Notes under the pieces: generated by a model
Told to the model about the DNA's origin: nothing
Seen by the model: only the letters and a program-made list of their open reading frames with translations
Database searches by the model: none
Source of the DNA: a virus
Lineage: Duplodnaviria; Caudoviricetes
Strand: one strand, 5' to 3'
DNA length: 42,262 nucleotides
IMG/VR virus record: IMGVR_UViG_3300025534_000017
Location: 1 to 42,262 of that record
Program-made: the position numbers and the translations under genes
Part shown: in pieces, positions 7,493-16,547 of the stretch
Position numbering within the stretch: position 1 is the stretch's first letter
Layout of the letters: each line of letters opens with the position of its first letter

Positions 7493-7738
7493 TTATCCTT
7501 GTTTACGTACTTCTTCTATCCATTCCTCAACAATTTCAAGCCTTCTCTGCCACCGATCTCTTTCTTCTGCTTCTGCTCTTGCTTTGACTCTCATCATGGC
7601 CCTTGCTCTTTGGGTAGTTTTTTCCAGGTCCGCATAAAATAACTTATCTGATGCACGTTTTAATCGTTTTTGTGCTTGGTCTAATTGTTTTTGAATTTCT
7701 TTTTTGGCGATAGAGAGGATCAAGTATTTATCGTTCAT
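7493..7738 (-). CDS. Hypothetical coiled-coil protein
   Basis: ORF in early operon. Confidence 0.65.
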   Translation of the reverse strand: MNDKYLILSIAKKEIQKQLDQAQKRLKRASDKLFYADLEKTTQRARAMMRVKARAEAEERDRWQRRLEIVEEWIEEVRKQG

Positions 7739-7813
7739 GCGAACACCCTTTCTCTTGAGGGAAAGTTTTTTTAAAATTCCCTCTCACCCTCGATAAATTC
7801 GTTTTCGTATCAC

Positions 7814-8086
7814 TCATACACCGCCTTCTTCCCACCCCAACACTTTCCTTGCCAAATTTCCTTCATCTTTCATAACTTCCGAAGGATGGTACCATTCATG
7901 ATTTCGCGGATCAGCATAAAACTTCAAAACACTTTCATACCTGTCTGCCTTTTCCGCTTGCTCTATCAACCATTCCAGCGTATTCAATCGCTTTTGATAT
8001 AATTTTTCATCTTTAGCCAGCCCGGCAAGTTTTTTGACTTCTTCCAACCACTCCCGGGCCTCGGCCAGGTATTCTCGGTCAGTCAT
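7814..8086 (-). CDS. Hypothetical phage protein
   Basis: RBS GGAGGG; WLIEQAEKADRYESVLKFYAD. Confidence 0.7.
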   Translation of the reverse strand: MTDREYLAEAREWLEEVKKLAGLAKDEKLYQKRLNTLEWLIEQAEKADRYESVLKFYADPRNHEWYHPSEVMKDEGNLARKVLGWEEGGV

Positions 8087-8228
8087 CGTCTTTTCCCTCC
8101 AAAGTTTTTGCTGCTTCTTCTGCAAGCTCGATAAGTATTTCAATATCTTCGAAGCTCAAACCCCATCCTGAAGAACGACGATCCAAACGCGACTTAATGT
8201 AATCGATATATTTTTTGTCAATTAGCAT
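8079..8228 (-). CDS. Hypothetical small protein (49 aa)
   Basis: Manually translated MLIDKKYIDYIKSRLDRR...; overlaps both neighbours. Confidence 0.55.
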   Translation of the reverse strand: MLIDKKYIDYIKSRLDRRSSGWGLSFEDIEILIELAEEAAKTLEGKDDD

Positions 8229-8544
8229 CCTCTCCAACCTCCACACCTACCGCTTTGAGAGCGGCTAGACAAATTTGCAAACAAAAGCCTTCTCCTTCGG
8301 CAAAATATACTCCATCATTGTGGTGAATAGATATCAAGTAAGAGTCTTTTGTTTTCTGAATATCTACCAAGTCGAATTTTTGTAGAACCATAAATGTGTT
8401 CTTGATATCTTCCGTTGGGCGAAAATTTATGTGCCAAAACCCCTTTTCATCCCTAAATCCATATCTATCAATTTTTTCGATGTATTCATGTTTCCACCCC
8501 ATCACCTTTTCGGCGACAAGGCGATCGATTTCACGAGAGTTCAT
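8218..8544 (-). CDS. Phage ABA-sandwich/BC1872-like protein
   Basis: MNSREIDRLVAEKVMGW...F.P..DI...ICLAALKAVG. Confidence 0.65.
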   Translation of the reverse strand: MNSREIDRLVAEKVMGWKHEYIEKIDRYGFRDEKGFWHINFRPTEDIKNTFMVLQKFDLVDIQKTKDSYLISIHHNDGVYFAEGEGFCLQICLAALKAVGVEVGEDAN

Positions 8545-9097
8545 TTCCCTTCGCCTCCAACAAATGGGGATGTTCGTAAATTCTATTTTTAATAGTGCTT
8601 CTGTCACATCCAAAATATTTACTTATACGATTAATACTCCAATTTTTATCAAGTAAACTTTTTAATTCGTTCAAATCTATATTTACACGCTTTTTATACT
8701 TCACTTTTCTTCTTCTGTTAGCTTCTGCAATCTTTTTTCTATGTTCTTTACTTAATTTCTTCCCTTTATTGTGCGAGCTTAAATGTTCCGAAGAAGCAAT
8801 AACTTCGAGATTTTCTTTTAAAGCATTTAATTTGTTATGATCTTTGTGATGGACATGTTCGTTCGTATCCAGTTTTCTTTTTAACCAGTACATCATAAGC
8901 AGTCTATGAACATGAATTTTTTCTCCATGTATTGATACAGCTGGATAATTTCCTTGCATAAAAATCTTTTTTATTCTAGCTACAGGTTTATCAGAATACC
9001 AAATAATCGCATTTTTCAATTCTGTTTCATTAACTATGCAATTACATGTGTTTTCAATCACGATCGACTTTTGATATTTCACTATCAAGCAAATCAC
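8531..9097 (-). CDS. HNH homing endonuclease with NUMOD3-like and HTH DNA-binding motifs
   Basis: VHRL...VHHKDHNKLNALKENLEV....H; KGKKLSKEHRKKIAEA; AT-rich; exact start uncertain. Confidence 0.85.
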   Translation of the reverse strand: MICLIVKYQKSIVIENTCNCIVNETELKNAIIWYSDKPVARIKKIFMQGNYPAVSIHGEKIHVHRLLMMYWLKRKLDTNEHVHHKDHNKLNALKENLEVIASSEHLSSHNKGKKLSKEHRKKIAEANRRRKVKYKKRVNIDLNELKSLLDKNWSINRISKYFGCDRSTIKNRIYEHPHLLEAKGNELS

Positions 9098-9467
9098 CTT
9101 CCTGAAATATATTGCCGATCACTTTTCCTTTATTTACAACCGAAACAAGGTCGTCTAAACAAAATTTTTCGCCTATATTTTGTTCATGAAGGTAAAAACA
9201 AGCACATTCGTTATCCCATTTAACAACCCAATGATATAAACCGTCGTCATATTCTTCGATGATATCCCCCTCATATATCTCCCGCCCGTTTCGATCGTGG
9301 AGGCCGGTGTATTGCATGAATTCATATGAAGAATCATTCAACAGTGCGTTAATCATCTCTATTTCTGATCCAAGCACTCCATCCCAATAATCAGCACTCT
9401 CATTTTCGTTTCGATAAACCATGATTCGTTTTCTTTTATCCCATGCACGGAATTTAATATCTCTCAT
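9054..9467 (-). CDS. YopX family protein
   Basis: MRDIKFRAWDK...MQYTGLHDRNGREIYEGDII...VIGNIF. Confidence 0.9.
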   Translation of the reverse strand: MRDIKFRAWDKRKRIMVYRNENESADYWDGVLGSEIEMINALLNDSSYEFMQYTGLHDRNGREIYEGDIIEEYDDGLYHWVVKWDNECACFYLHEQNIGEKFCLDDLVSVVNKGKVIGNIFQEGDLLDSEISKVDRD

Positions 9468-10729
9468 TTTTTACCCTCCAACAACTCGGGATTTTCAAAC
9501 ACATTCACCGCTTTTATAAGTGCTAGTAACGGTTGTGTGCGTTCGTCTAGTACATCAACATTTTCGCGCAAAGATTTAACGTCAATGTAAATCTGCTCGA
9601 TATCCAATCGGTGATTATGCGACTGATGGCGCAACTCTTTGTTTTCGCGTTCTAACTTTGTCACCCGTCGTGCTAAATTGGCGAGTAGGTCGATGGCAGA
9701 TTCGTCCACCGATAGCATGTTGTCGGTTGTTTTCGGCAATTCGTCATCAGCTTTCACGCAGTCTACAGAACAATTTTCGCAAGTGTGTAACGGTTCGAGG
9801 ACGTAATAATAAAATCGACCAACGCACCATTTCCCATCGCCATAAACACGTTTGTTTTCGTTAAAATCAGCAAAAACATCTCCGTTGCTGTCGACTTCTT
9901 CTACGATAGCTATTTCGCCGATTTTGAACCAATCACGATATTCGAGGTTTTTAACGATGATAATTTTATCACCCACTTTTGCCTCACGATCAACCATCCG
10001 ATAACGCTTGCCATCGATACGAACGATATCGGTCGGTTCCAAAACAAAGTAATCTCGATGATGTATACGCTGTCGTGTATCGGTTTCGATCAAACTGCTG
10101 AATACATTTAACACTGTATAAATATTTCCCGTATTCTTTCCGATGATCTTTTCGCCAGCATTGGCTTTCCGCTCGACTTCGATATATTCACGTAAAATAC
10201 CATTCAGCTTTTCGTCTGGCAGTGCGAGTAGATCAAGTACCGATTTAGGCGCTTCATCTTTTTCTGCTAGCGGTTCGAGGACACGGTAATCTTCACTTGA
10301 CGCTGCGTAATTTCTCATGTCTTTTCCTACGTAACTAATAGCATCATTAACTTTATAGACATCATCAACCTTAAAAACTCCGTTTCCGTTTTCGTTTGAA
10401 TGACCGAATACAATAACCGTTTCACCCTCTTTCGCCTTGCGGTCGATCATCCGATAGCGTTTGCCATCAACATGTACGATGTCGGTAGGTTCGAGCGTTT
10501 GATATTCGCTTTGTTCGATTATGTCAAACTTTCCGCAGTAAACGTCACCGTCTTCGTTTGCTTTCTCAACCGACATGATTGTACCTTTCGTATAGCTATC
10601 TCCGAATTGACATTCGTGAGGGTTGACGATAACGATTTTATCGCCGACATTTGCTTCGCGATCAACCTCGACATATTCTCGCAACACACCGCCCAAATTT
10701 TCGTCTGGTAGAACGTGGATTTTACTCAT
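9464..10729 (-). CDS. Hypothetical protein with internal tandem domain duplication and C-terminal coiled coil
   Basis: Two copies of LPDE.L.G.LREY.EV.R.A...EPTDIV..DGKRYRM.DR.AK. Confidence 0.8.
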   Translation of the reverse strand: MSKIHVLPDENLGGVLREYVEVDREANVGDKIVIVNPHECQFGDSYTKGTIMSVEKANEDGDVYCGKFDIIEQSEYQTLEPTDIVHVDGKRYRMIDRKAKEGETVIVFGHSNENGNGVFKVDDVYKVNDAISYVGKDMRNYAASSEDYRVLEPLAEKDEAPKSVLDLLALPDEKLNGILREYIEVERKANAGEKIIGKNTGNIYTVLNVFSSLIETDTRQRIHHRDYFVLEPTDIVRIDGKRYRMVDREAKVGDKIIIVKNLEYRDWFKIGEIAIVEEVDSNGDVFADFNENKRVYGDGKWCVGRFYYYVLEPLHTCENCSVDCVKADDELPKTTDNMLSVDESAIDLLANLARRVTKLERENKELRHQSHNHRLDIEQIYIDVKSLRENVDVLDERTQPLLALIKAVNVFENPELLEGKK

Positions 10730-10943
10730 TCCGACACCTCCGGAGACATTTGTACTCTTTCAAAGTAGGTGGCACATACATATCCTTCACGGTCTCATAT
10801 TTCCGGCAATCTTCGCAGATCCAGCCGATTCCCTCTTGGAAAAGTTTTGTCACCAAGTGAGTTTTTATCTCACCACAGAATGGACAAACAGGGCCGAATA
10901 AGCTCATTTCCAACGGCAGTTCTTTCATCCACGGCTTTGTCAT
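10722..10943 (-). CDS. Small zinc-ribbon protein
   Basis: CPFC...CEDC. Confidence 0.6.
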   Translation of the reverse strand: MTKPWMKELPLEMSLFGPVCPFCGEIKTHLVTKLFQEGIGWICEDCRKYETVKDMYVPPTLKEYKCLRRCRNE

Positions 10944-10950
10944 TTTCTCG

Positions 10951-11253
10951 TCAACTCCCTTCGGGTTGACATTTTTTTGTCTTCCCGAAAACCCGCTTTA
11001 AATCAATCCCCTTGATTCGTCCTATTTTCCAAAGATGTATGAGCGCCAGCAGAATTTCTAGCTCATTCTCCCGCTGAAACACTTCGTTCATTTGCCAGAT
11101 GTTGGCGCCATCCGCATACATTTCCCGAAGCCGGATCAGGTCTTTTTCGTCCCAGATGAAATCCAAATCTTCGAGTATGATCACCACGTTCTGCCTTTCT
11201 TTGGTCATGTATTGGTTTTCCAGCGATGTAATTGCCATGCTTTCCCCGTTCAT
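10951..11253 (-). CDS. Conserved Bacillus phage hypothetical protein (HTH-like)
   Basis: RBS GAGGTGA; ILEDLDFIWDEKDL. Confidence 0.7.
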   Translation of the reverse strand: MNGESMAITSLENQYMTKERQNVVIILEDLDFIWDEKDLIRLREMYADGANIWQMNEVFQRENELEILLALIHLWKIGRIKGIDLKRVFGKTKKCQPEGS

Positions 11254-11262
11254 ATGCTCACC

Positions 11263-11451
11263 TCAAAACCACTCATTTTCCTTGCTTTCGATTTTCACTA
11301 GCGCCGCGGCAAGCAGCTGTTTGATGTCGTCATAGTCTTTTTCCGCCAATGCAGCCGGGTTTTTGATTATGCCCATTTTGACCAATTCGTCGATCATAGC
11401 TTGCTTTTTTAAGTCTTGCATGAGGGTTGTGGCCTTATAGAGAGCGCCCAT
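11263..11451 (-). CDS. Hypothetical small protein
   Basis: RBS GAAAGGAGG; operon context. Confidence 0.65.
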   Translation of the reverse strand: MGALYKATTLMQDLKKQAMIDELVKMGIIKNPAALAEKDYDDIKQLLAAALVKIESKENEWF

Positions 11452-11877
11452 TTAAATCCTCCTTTCAAAAAATCCGGCGATTGCCGGGAATTTTTCGTGT
11501 TCTTTTCGTAACTCCCGGAATGTGGTTGTTTCGTTCCCTCTGATAATCTCAAAATCCAAGGTCTGTTCGATGCAATTCATGGGCTCTTTCTTGAAATGTT
11601 TCCTGTAGTACTCAATCGCTTCTTTCTCGCTTCCGGCGAAAATGAAGCAAAATTTTTCTTGGTCCATTTTGAGCGAAAAAATGCAGATTTTTTTGATCCC
11701 CAGGACGTTCCGTTCGATCATTTCTGCAACTTTTCGATGGTCCGCCCTATCGAAATCAATCGCAGAGATGTCATCGTCCATCGAAACAAGATTTTCTTGA
11801 ATCATGTGCAGCAGATAATGGGCCAGCGGTGATTCCTCATATGTTAGAGCGTCTTGATAAAGCTCTTTAACCTTCAT
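11452..11877 (-). CDS. Hypothetical protein downstream of helicase
   Basis: ORF overlapping the helicase stop. Confidence 0.7.
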   Translation of the reverse strand: MKVKELYQDALTYEESPLAHYLLHMIQENLVSMDDDISAIDFDRADHRKVAEMIERNVLGIKKICIFSLKMDQEKFCFIFAGSEKEAIEYYRKHFKKEPMNCIEQTLDFEIIRGNETTTFRELRKEHEKFPAIAGFFERRI

Positions 11878-13105
11878 CTTCGATCGCTCCCGTATATTCG
11901 TTATACCTGACTGTCACGGTTCCGATTGGGCCATTCCTGTTTTTGGCTATGATCAGTTCCAAACTGTCATTCTCTGAATCTTGCTTGTAGTATTTTTCCC
12001 TGTACAAGAAGATGATCACGTCTGCGTCCTGTTCAATGCTGCCTGATTCCCTGATATCTGACATCATCGGGCGTTTCTCGGCCCTTTGCTCGACTTGCCG
12101 ATTTAGCTGCGCAAGGCAGATGACCGGGCAATTGAATTCTTTCGCCATGGCTTTCAGGTCTTTCGAAATTTCTGTCACTTGCTGATGAGCGTTGCCTCCG
12201 TAAAAATGGCTTGGTTTGATCAGGGTTAAATAGTCGATTAAGATAACAGGTTTTTTGTCTGGATATTGATTGATCACCTTTCTTGTTTTCGCCCTGATCT
12301 CAGCCACGCTTTGCCCAGGCCCATCGAATATTTGGATATTTGCCTTTCCCAAAATCCCGATGATATTCGCCCATTGTCGTTTCTGCTCGTCCGAAAGGTA
12401 TTTTCGGGGATCCCGCAATTTGTTGCGGTTCAGGTTCCCCGTCGATGCAATGAGCCTGGTAGTCAATTGAACGGCCGGCATTTCGAGCGAGAAAATGATC
12501 GGCAAGTTCCCGGACCATCCGACTTGTTTGGCAAAGTGAAGCATGACGTCGGTTTTTCCCATCGATGGTCTGGCGGCAATGATGGTCACTTCGCCGTCTT
12601 GCCATCCATTGGTCAAATCATTGAGCTTTTTGATTCCTGTCGTGATGCCCTTCTGAAAGGGCTTTTCTTTCCAAGGGAGTTCATACAAATCTTTCAGAAT
12701 CTCGTTCAAAGGTTGGTAATCATCGATTTTTACTTGGTTGATGGCATCCAATTTTCTAATGATTTTGTCTACCGGCCAATCGTTTTCCGCCGCTTTGACA
12801 AGGATGTTCTTTTTTTCTCGCTCTTTCCAGGCATCCAAAACCAATTCTTCAATCTCTTCAAATTTCTCAATATCTGCGTAAGCGGCCAACTCATTAAGAT
12901 AGGAAATTCCACCGACTTCGTTTAGATTCTTGATTGTCGAAAGAGTGACTAAATCGACAGGCTTCCCTTCTTGGGCCAACCGGAACATCGTTTTGAGCAA
13001 TTCTTGATGCCTTCTGTCTTCCAGATGGCTCGGTTTAATAAGCGTATCCTTGAGAAGGTAATCCGCCTTGATGAAACAGCCTAAAAGGGATTTTTCAGGG
13101 ACCAA
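11867..13105 (-). CDS. Replicative DNA helicase, DnaB family
   Basis: Walker A AARPSMGKT, FSLEM, IDYL, AQLNR, DIRESGSIEQDAD, AKNRNGPIG. Confidence 0.95.
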   Translation of the reverse strand: MVPEKSLLGCFIKADYLLKDTLIKPSHLEDRRHQELLKTMFRLAQEGKPVDLVTLSTIKNLNEVGGISYLNELAAYADIEKFEEIEELVLDAWKEREKKNILVKAAENDWPVDKIIRKLDAINQVKIDDYQPLNEILKDLYELPWKEKPFQKGITTGIKKLNDLTNGWQDGEVTIIAARPSMGKTDVMLHFAKQVGWSGNLPIIFSLEMPAVQLTTRLIASTGNLNRNKLRDPRKYLSDEQKRQWANIIGILGKANIQIFDGPGQSVAEIRAKTRKVINQYPDKKPVILIDYLTLIKPSHFYGGNAHQQVTEISKDLKAMAKEFNCPVICLAQLNRQVEQRAEKRPMMSDIRESGSIEQDADVIIFLYREKYYKQDSENDSLELIIAKNRNGPIGTVTVRYNEYTGAIEDEG

Positions 13106-13974
13106 TTTTCATCCTCTCCTGCTGAAAAGTCTATTTCGGAATCCCGTGGGACATCGCGGCCCTGAATATTTTCTTGTTTTTGAGATTTGAATTTTCTTTC
13201 CAAAGCTTTTGCATCGTCAAGAGTTTTTACATTCTGCGTCAACCAGTTTCGTAATATTCCTTCTGCATAACTAAATGGCTTTTGGTTTTTTAAGGCAATC
13301 TGCATTGCATAGATGACTAGTTCATCAGAAAGATCTTCACACCAAGTGATGATGTTTTCTGTGATGAAACCATTCAAAAATCCGTAGTTTTTTTCATAAA
13401 ACCTTAACGCCTTAACGCCAACTTCAGATACCGTATCCTTTTCTTTTTCTTGTTGTTTTTCTTTTTCTTTTTCTTTTTCTTTTTCCCCACTTAACGTGGT
13501 ACGTATCGTTGACGCATCGTCTAACGTATCGTTGTACGTATCGTATGACGTATCGTTAGCGTATCGAAGAAACAACTCTCTGATACTTTCGTTAGGTATT
13601 TTTCTTGCAACCAATCCGATCAATGAGGTGTCTTTCACCTCCATCAACTCCCTCTCGATGCAGTCCAGCACAGGTTTGCCGCCTTTAATGAGGTTGTATT
13701 TCCCCCAGTTCAAAAGAGCAATTTCCCTTGTCTGCGGATTGTATTTAATGACCTTATGGACGTTCTCAAATCGTTCTACCAAGCTGTTGATCGATTCGAT
13801 CGAGTATCCCAATTCAAATGCCATTTGCTTTTTGGTGATTTGGTAAATGCCGATCTGCGTAGTGTTCGGATTGGTCAAAAGGTAAATGTAGAAGTATTTA
13901 TCTTCTGGTGTCATTTCTTCTAAAACCTTTGCGTCTTGCCAAAACGAAACATGAACGTATCTGTATTTAGCCAT
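13081..13974 (-). CDS. Phage replication initiator (replisome organiser N-terminus + DnaD domain)
   Basis: FWQDAKV..MTPEDKYFYIYLLTNP; YAEGILRNW; sits before the helicase. Confidence 0.88.
   Translation of the reverse strand: MAKYRYVHVSFWQDAKVLEEMTPEDKYFYIYLLTNPNTTQIGIYQITKKQMAFELGYSIESINSLVERFENVHKVIKYNPQTREIALLNWGKYNLIKGGKPVLDCIERELMEVKDTSLIGLVARKIPNESIRELFLRYANDTSYDTYNDTLDDASTIRTTLSGEKEKEKEKEKQQEKEKDTVSEVGVKALRFYEKNYGFLNGFITENIITWCEDLSDELVIYAMQIALKNQKPFSYAEGILRNWLTQNVKTLDDAKALERKFKSQKQENIQGRDVPRDSEIDFSAGEDENWSLKNPF
13439..13567. repeat. Putative replication origin: six ACGTATCGT-type iterons plus an adjacent T-rich tract
   Basis: Repeats at 13501, 13512, 13524, 13536, 13548 and ~13559; polypyrimidine tract 13439-13484; inside the initiator gene as in lambda O. 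Confidence 0.75.
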
Positions 13975-13979
13975 CTTGT

Positions 13980-14141
13980 TCACTCCTTCCTGATGCAAAT
14001 TACGTATCGCCCTTCAACCCTCACCGGCTTTAAGCCGGGATGGACCAGGGCGAAATAGTTCTTCACATACTCGACATATCTCTTTTTGTCGCCCCTGGCC
14101 ATCCATTTGAAAATGTGTGGTATCTCGAATTTGTATTCCAT
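13980..14141 (-). CDS. Hypothetical small protein (53 aa)
   Basis: Manually translated MEYKFEIPHIFKWMARGDKKRY...; fills an operon gap. Confidence 0.55.
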   Translation of the reverse strand: MEYKFEIPHIFKWMARGDKKRYVEYVKNYFALVHPGLKPVRVEGRYVICIRKE

Positions 14142-14147
14142 CTTCCA

Positions 14148-14948
14148 TCACTCGAAGGGTATTTCTTCGTCTACAACCTCTATGTCATCAGCCATTTCCT
14201 TGACTTCGTCAGGAACATCGTTCGTTTGTTCCTGTTTCTGCTTCTTTTGTTCCTCGACGGCCTGGAACATCAGCTCAATGCCTTTCTTGATGACCGGATC
14301 GGTACGGTCTTGTTTAAGTAACCATTCCAGATAGTCAGGATGGGCCTTGTAGATTTCTTTCAAGGTTTTTCCTTTGTGTTTGCCGAATGTGAGTTTTATC
14401 TTTGCTGCGTCTTGCGCTGTCATTGTCTCCACTTGTTCCGTCTGGATGAATTCTTGCATGTCTTCAATATCTTGCGTGAACACTTCTGATAGGCTGGCAA
14501 GCGTCAGGGTAGCGTCGATCTGGGCTCTTTTCTTTGCCATTTTCAAAACGGTATTGGCGTTACCATATGGGTCTTGCAAAGTTCCGTCTTTTCGCTGGTA
14601 ATATTTCGGTTCCTTAGTGTTGCAATGGCCCAACCCTTCGGTGATTTTCACGCCGTTTTTGTAGATCAAGCACTTCACGGTGAAAGCGAAAAATCCATTT
14701 TCATAATCCTGGACCCGCTCGATGACTTCATACTCGCTCGTAACTCCAAACATCATGAGGATTTTTTCGGCCCCAGGCTTGTACAGCGTAGGTTTCGGAG
14801 TACCTGGAATAACTCCGTAATCGTGGTCTTTTTTCAATGTATTCTGGATGACCATTTGAAACTGACTGATTTTAGCGAGTGTCGATTGCACCGCGCTAAT
14901 GTCCACGCTTTCGATGATGGATAGAGAATTTGCTTGTTTTTCACTCAT
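14148..14948 (-). CDS. Putative recombination/ssDNA-annealing protein with FGKHKG C-terminal domain and acidic IPF tail
   Basis: DYGVIPGTPKPTLYKPGAEK; LTFGKHKGKTL...DYLEWL; DEEIPFE; next to Gp157. Confidence 0.6.
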   Translation of the reverse strand: MSEKQANSLSIIESVDISAVQSTLAKISQFQMVIQNTLKKDHDYGVIPGTPKPTLYKPGAEKILMMFGVTSEYEVIERVQDYENGFFAFTVKCLIYKNGVKITEGLGHCNTKEPKYYQRKDGTLQDPYGNANTVLKMAKKRAQIDATLTLASLSEVFTQDIEDMQEFIQTEQVETMTAQDAAKIKLTFGKHKGKTLKEIYKAHPDYLEWLLKQDRTDPVIKKGIELMFQAVEEQKKQKQEQTNDVPDEVKEMADDIEVVDEEIPFE

Positions 14949-15427
14949 CGAATCCTCAATCCTTTCGTTTGTTTCAATGTCACACCCGGAACTTCTTCCC
15001 CGTTTTTCAACCGTTCAAGAATGGTTTTCTTGTCGATTTTCGCTGGTTGCGGAATCAAAAAGTCATCCGGGATAAGCGTTTCGTCAATCACATCCACCGA
15101 CGGCGGATTGTTTTGGATCGCCACCGTAATCGTCGGGCGTTTCACTCTTTCAATTCCTGCTTTCATGAGCTGATCTTTGAGATAGTCCTTTGCTCGGTCC
15201 GCTTTTTCCTCGAGGGCCCGGCGCCGATCGGCGAGGCGTTTTTCCTCCTCCTTGATGGCTGCGATATCAGCCTCGAGGCACCGGATGAATTTGGCGGTAT
15301 GCTCAACTTTGTCCTCCAATTCTTCTTGGATGGATTCCAAAGTATTTTGGAAGGTTTCTTCGTCGAGCTGCTCTGCCATTTCCAAGAGATTTAGATAGCT
15401 TTCCGTAAGTTCGTATAATTTCATCAT
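14945..15427 (-). CDS. Siphovirus Gp157 family protein
   Basis: MKLYELT...QNNPPSV...IP......KIDKK...LKNGEEVPG. Confidence 0.9.
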   Translation of the reverse strand: MMKLYELTESYLNLLEMAEQLDEETFQNTLESIQEELEDKVEHTAKFIRCLEADIAAIKEEEKRLADRRRALEEKADRAKDYLKDQLMKAGIERVKRPTITVAIQNNPPSVDVIDETLIPDDFLIPQPAKIDKKTILERLKNGEEVPGVTLKQTKGLRIR

Positions 15428-15436
15428 TCTTCCTCC

Positions 15437-15646
15437 TCACTCCGCAATCGTATATTCCGCTCCCCAAACCTCTTCCAGGTACCGGCGCAAGTTTTCTTCC
15501 AGAATAACTTCATCATCGAACCGGACGATGTTGTCCCCTGGGGAAATGGGATCCCCGAAGTAATCCTTTGGCGCCGTCTTTTCGGGTTCTGGTTCAGGAT
15601 ACCCATACCGCCGTATAGCAGTTACAACAGGATGTTCCAGCACCAT
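15437..15646 (-). CDS. YqaI-like small phage protein
   Basis: EHPVVTAIRRYGYP...DYFGDPISPGD. Confidence 0.65.
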   Translation of the reverse strand: MVLEHPVVTAIRRYGYPEPEPEKTAPKDYFGDPISPGDNIVRFDDEVILEENLRRYLEEVWGAEYTIAE

Positions 15647-15721
15647 GGTTTCACCTCTTAAATCTCCGGACCTAATGCTATTAACTCCGGACCTAGCATT
15701 GCCAAAGATTAGTGGATATCA

Positions 15722-15934
15722 CTATTTTCCCAACATGTATAGGATTGCTTTGTTTACCCGCTCTAAATCATATCGTTCAAGAATGATTGATAGATATTTT
15801 TCTTGCTCCAAATCCCCGATTGTAACGATATATTTGGTTTCAAAAATTTCGCCGTTAGGAGTGGTGGTCTTTACGGAGGTTCGAGAAATCTGGATTTTGG
15901 AATTCTGAAATTTCAAAGCGACTTCTTTTTCCAT
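15722..15934 (-). CDS. Hypothetical protein
   Basis: ORF in early operon. Confidence 0.6.
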   Translation of the reverse strand: MEKEVALKFQNSKIQISRTSVKTTTPNGEIFETKYIVTIGDLEQEKYLSIILERYDLERVNKAILYMLGK

Positions 15935-15937
15935 CCT

Positions 15938-16093
15938 TCACACCCTTTCCAACTCTTTTATCCTTGGCACTTCCCGGTGAACGATCACAATCCGATCGTT
16001 CAACCGTTTCACAACCAGCCAGTTTTCCGGGTTGACTCCATATTTTTGCATGAGCTCTTTCTCCTTCCGCGTCGGCCGCTTCCCGTTCTTCAT
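15938..16093 (-). CDS. Conserved small phage protein (51 aa)
   Basis: Manually translated MKNGKRPTRKEK...NPENWLVVK; RBS GGAGG. Confidence 0.7.
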   Translation of the reverse strand: MKNGKRPTRKEKELMQKYGVNPENWLVVKRLNDRIVIVHREVPRIKELERV

Positions 16094-16170
16094 TGCTTCC
16101 GATCCTCCAGGAGAGGACTCATTGTCAGTCCAAGAAAGAACGCGAGCAGCACGAGAAAGAATTCAGCCAT
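16090..16170 (-). CDS. Putative 26-aa membrane peptide
   Basis: MAEFFLVLLAFFLGLTMSPLLEDRKQ; overlaps both neighbours. Confidence 0.45.
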   Translation of the reverse strand: MAEFFLVLLAFFLGLTMSPLLEDRKQ

Positions 16171-16429
16171 TTGAAACACCGCCTTTCAGAACTTCTTGAA
16201 GGAGATCCCGCACTTGGTCGTATGTCTTTTTCCGATCATTCAATCGCTTAAGTTCTGCTACCGAACGCCGAAAATTATCGATGTGCACCAGCGCCCCGGC
16301 ATAATCTTGCTGGTGGATTTTGCATGTGATGTGCTGCAAACAATCAACAATACAGACCACTTCGGCGAACGCTTTTTCCATATCCTGAACGAGGAAATGA
16401 CCGTCAAATGAAAGTTCCACAGTTTTCAT
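16163..16429 (-). CDS. Hypothetical protein (YqaH-like position)
   Basis: RBS GAAAGGAG before ATG 16429. Confidence 0.65.
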   Translation of the reverse strand: MKTVELSFDGHFLVQDMEKAFAEVVCIVDCLQHITCKIHQQDYAGALVHIDNFRRSVAELKRLNDRKKTYDQVRDLLQEVLKGGVSNG

Positions 16430-16461
16430 TGTCTTCGCTCCTTTCGTGATTTTTGGACAAC

Positions 16462-16544
16462 AAAAAACCGGACTCGAAGCATGCCAATAAACCAACAAGC
16501 ATGCAATCAAGTCCGGCGGTGACGGTGGGCCAAAGCCCGTGTCA
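16462..16544 (-). terminator. Long intrinsic terminator/attenuator preceded by a small hairpin
   Basis: CCGGACT...GCATGC...GCATGC...AGTCCGG + TTTTTT; upstream TGAC..GGGC-TTTG-GCCC..GTCA. Confidence 0.7.
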
Positions 16545-16547
16545 TGC

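Noticed and set aside
8531-9097. Group I intron around the HNH gene
   Set aside because: No room for, or sign of, intron core sequences; both flanks are coding
13501-13567. Repeats as a CRISPR or guide array
   Set aside because: 12-bp period without spacers, inside the initiator gene; iterons fit better
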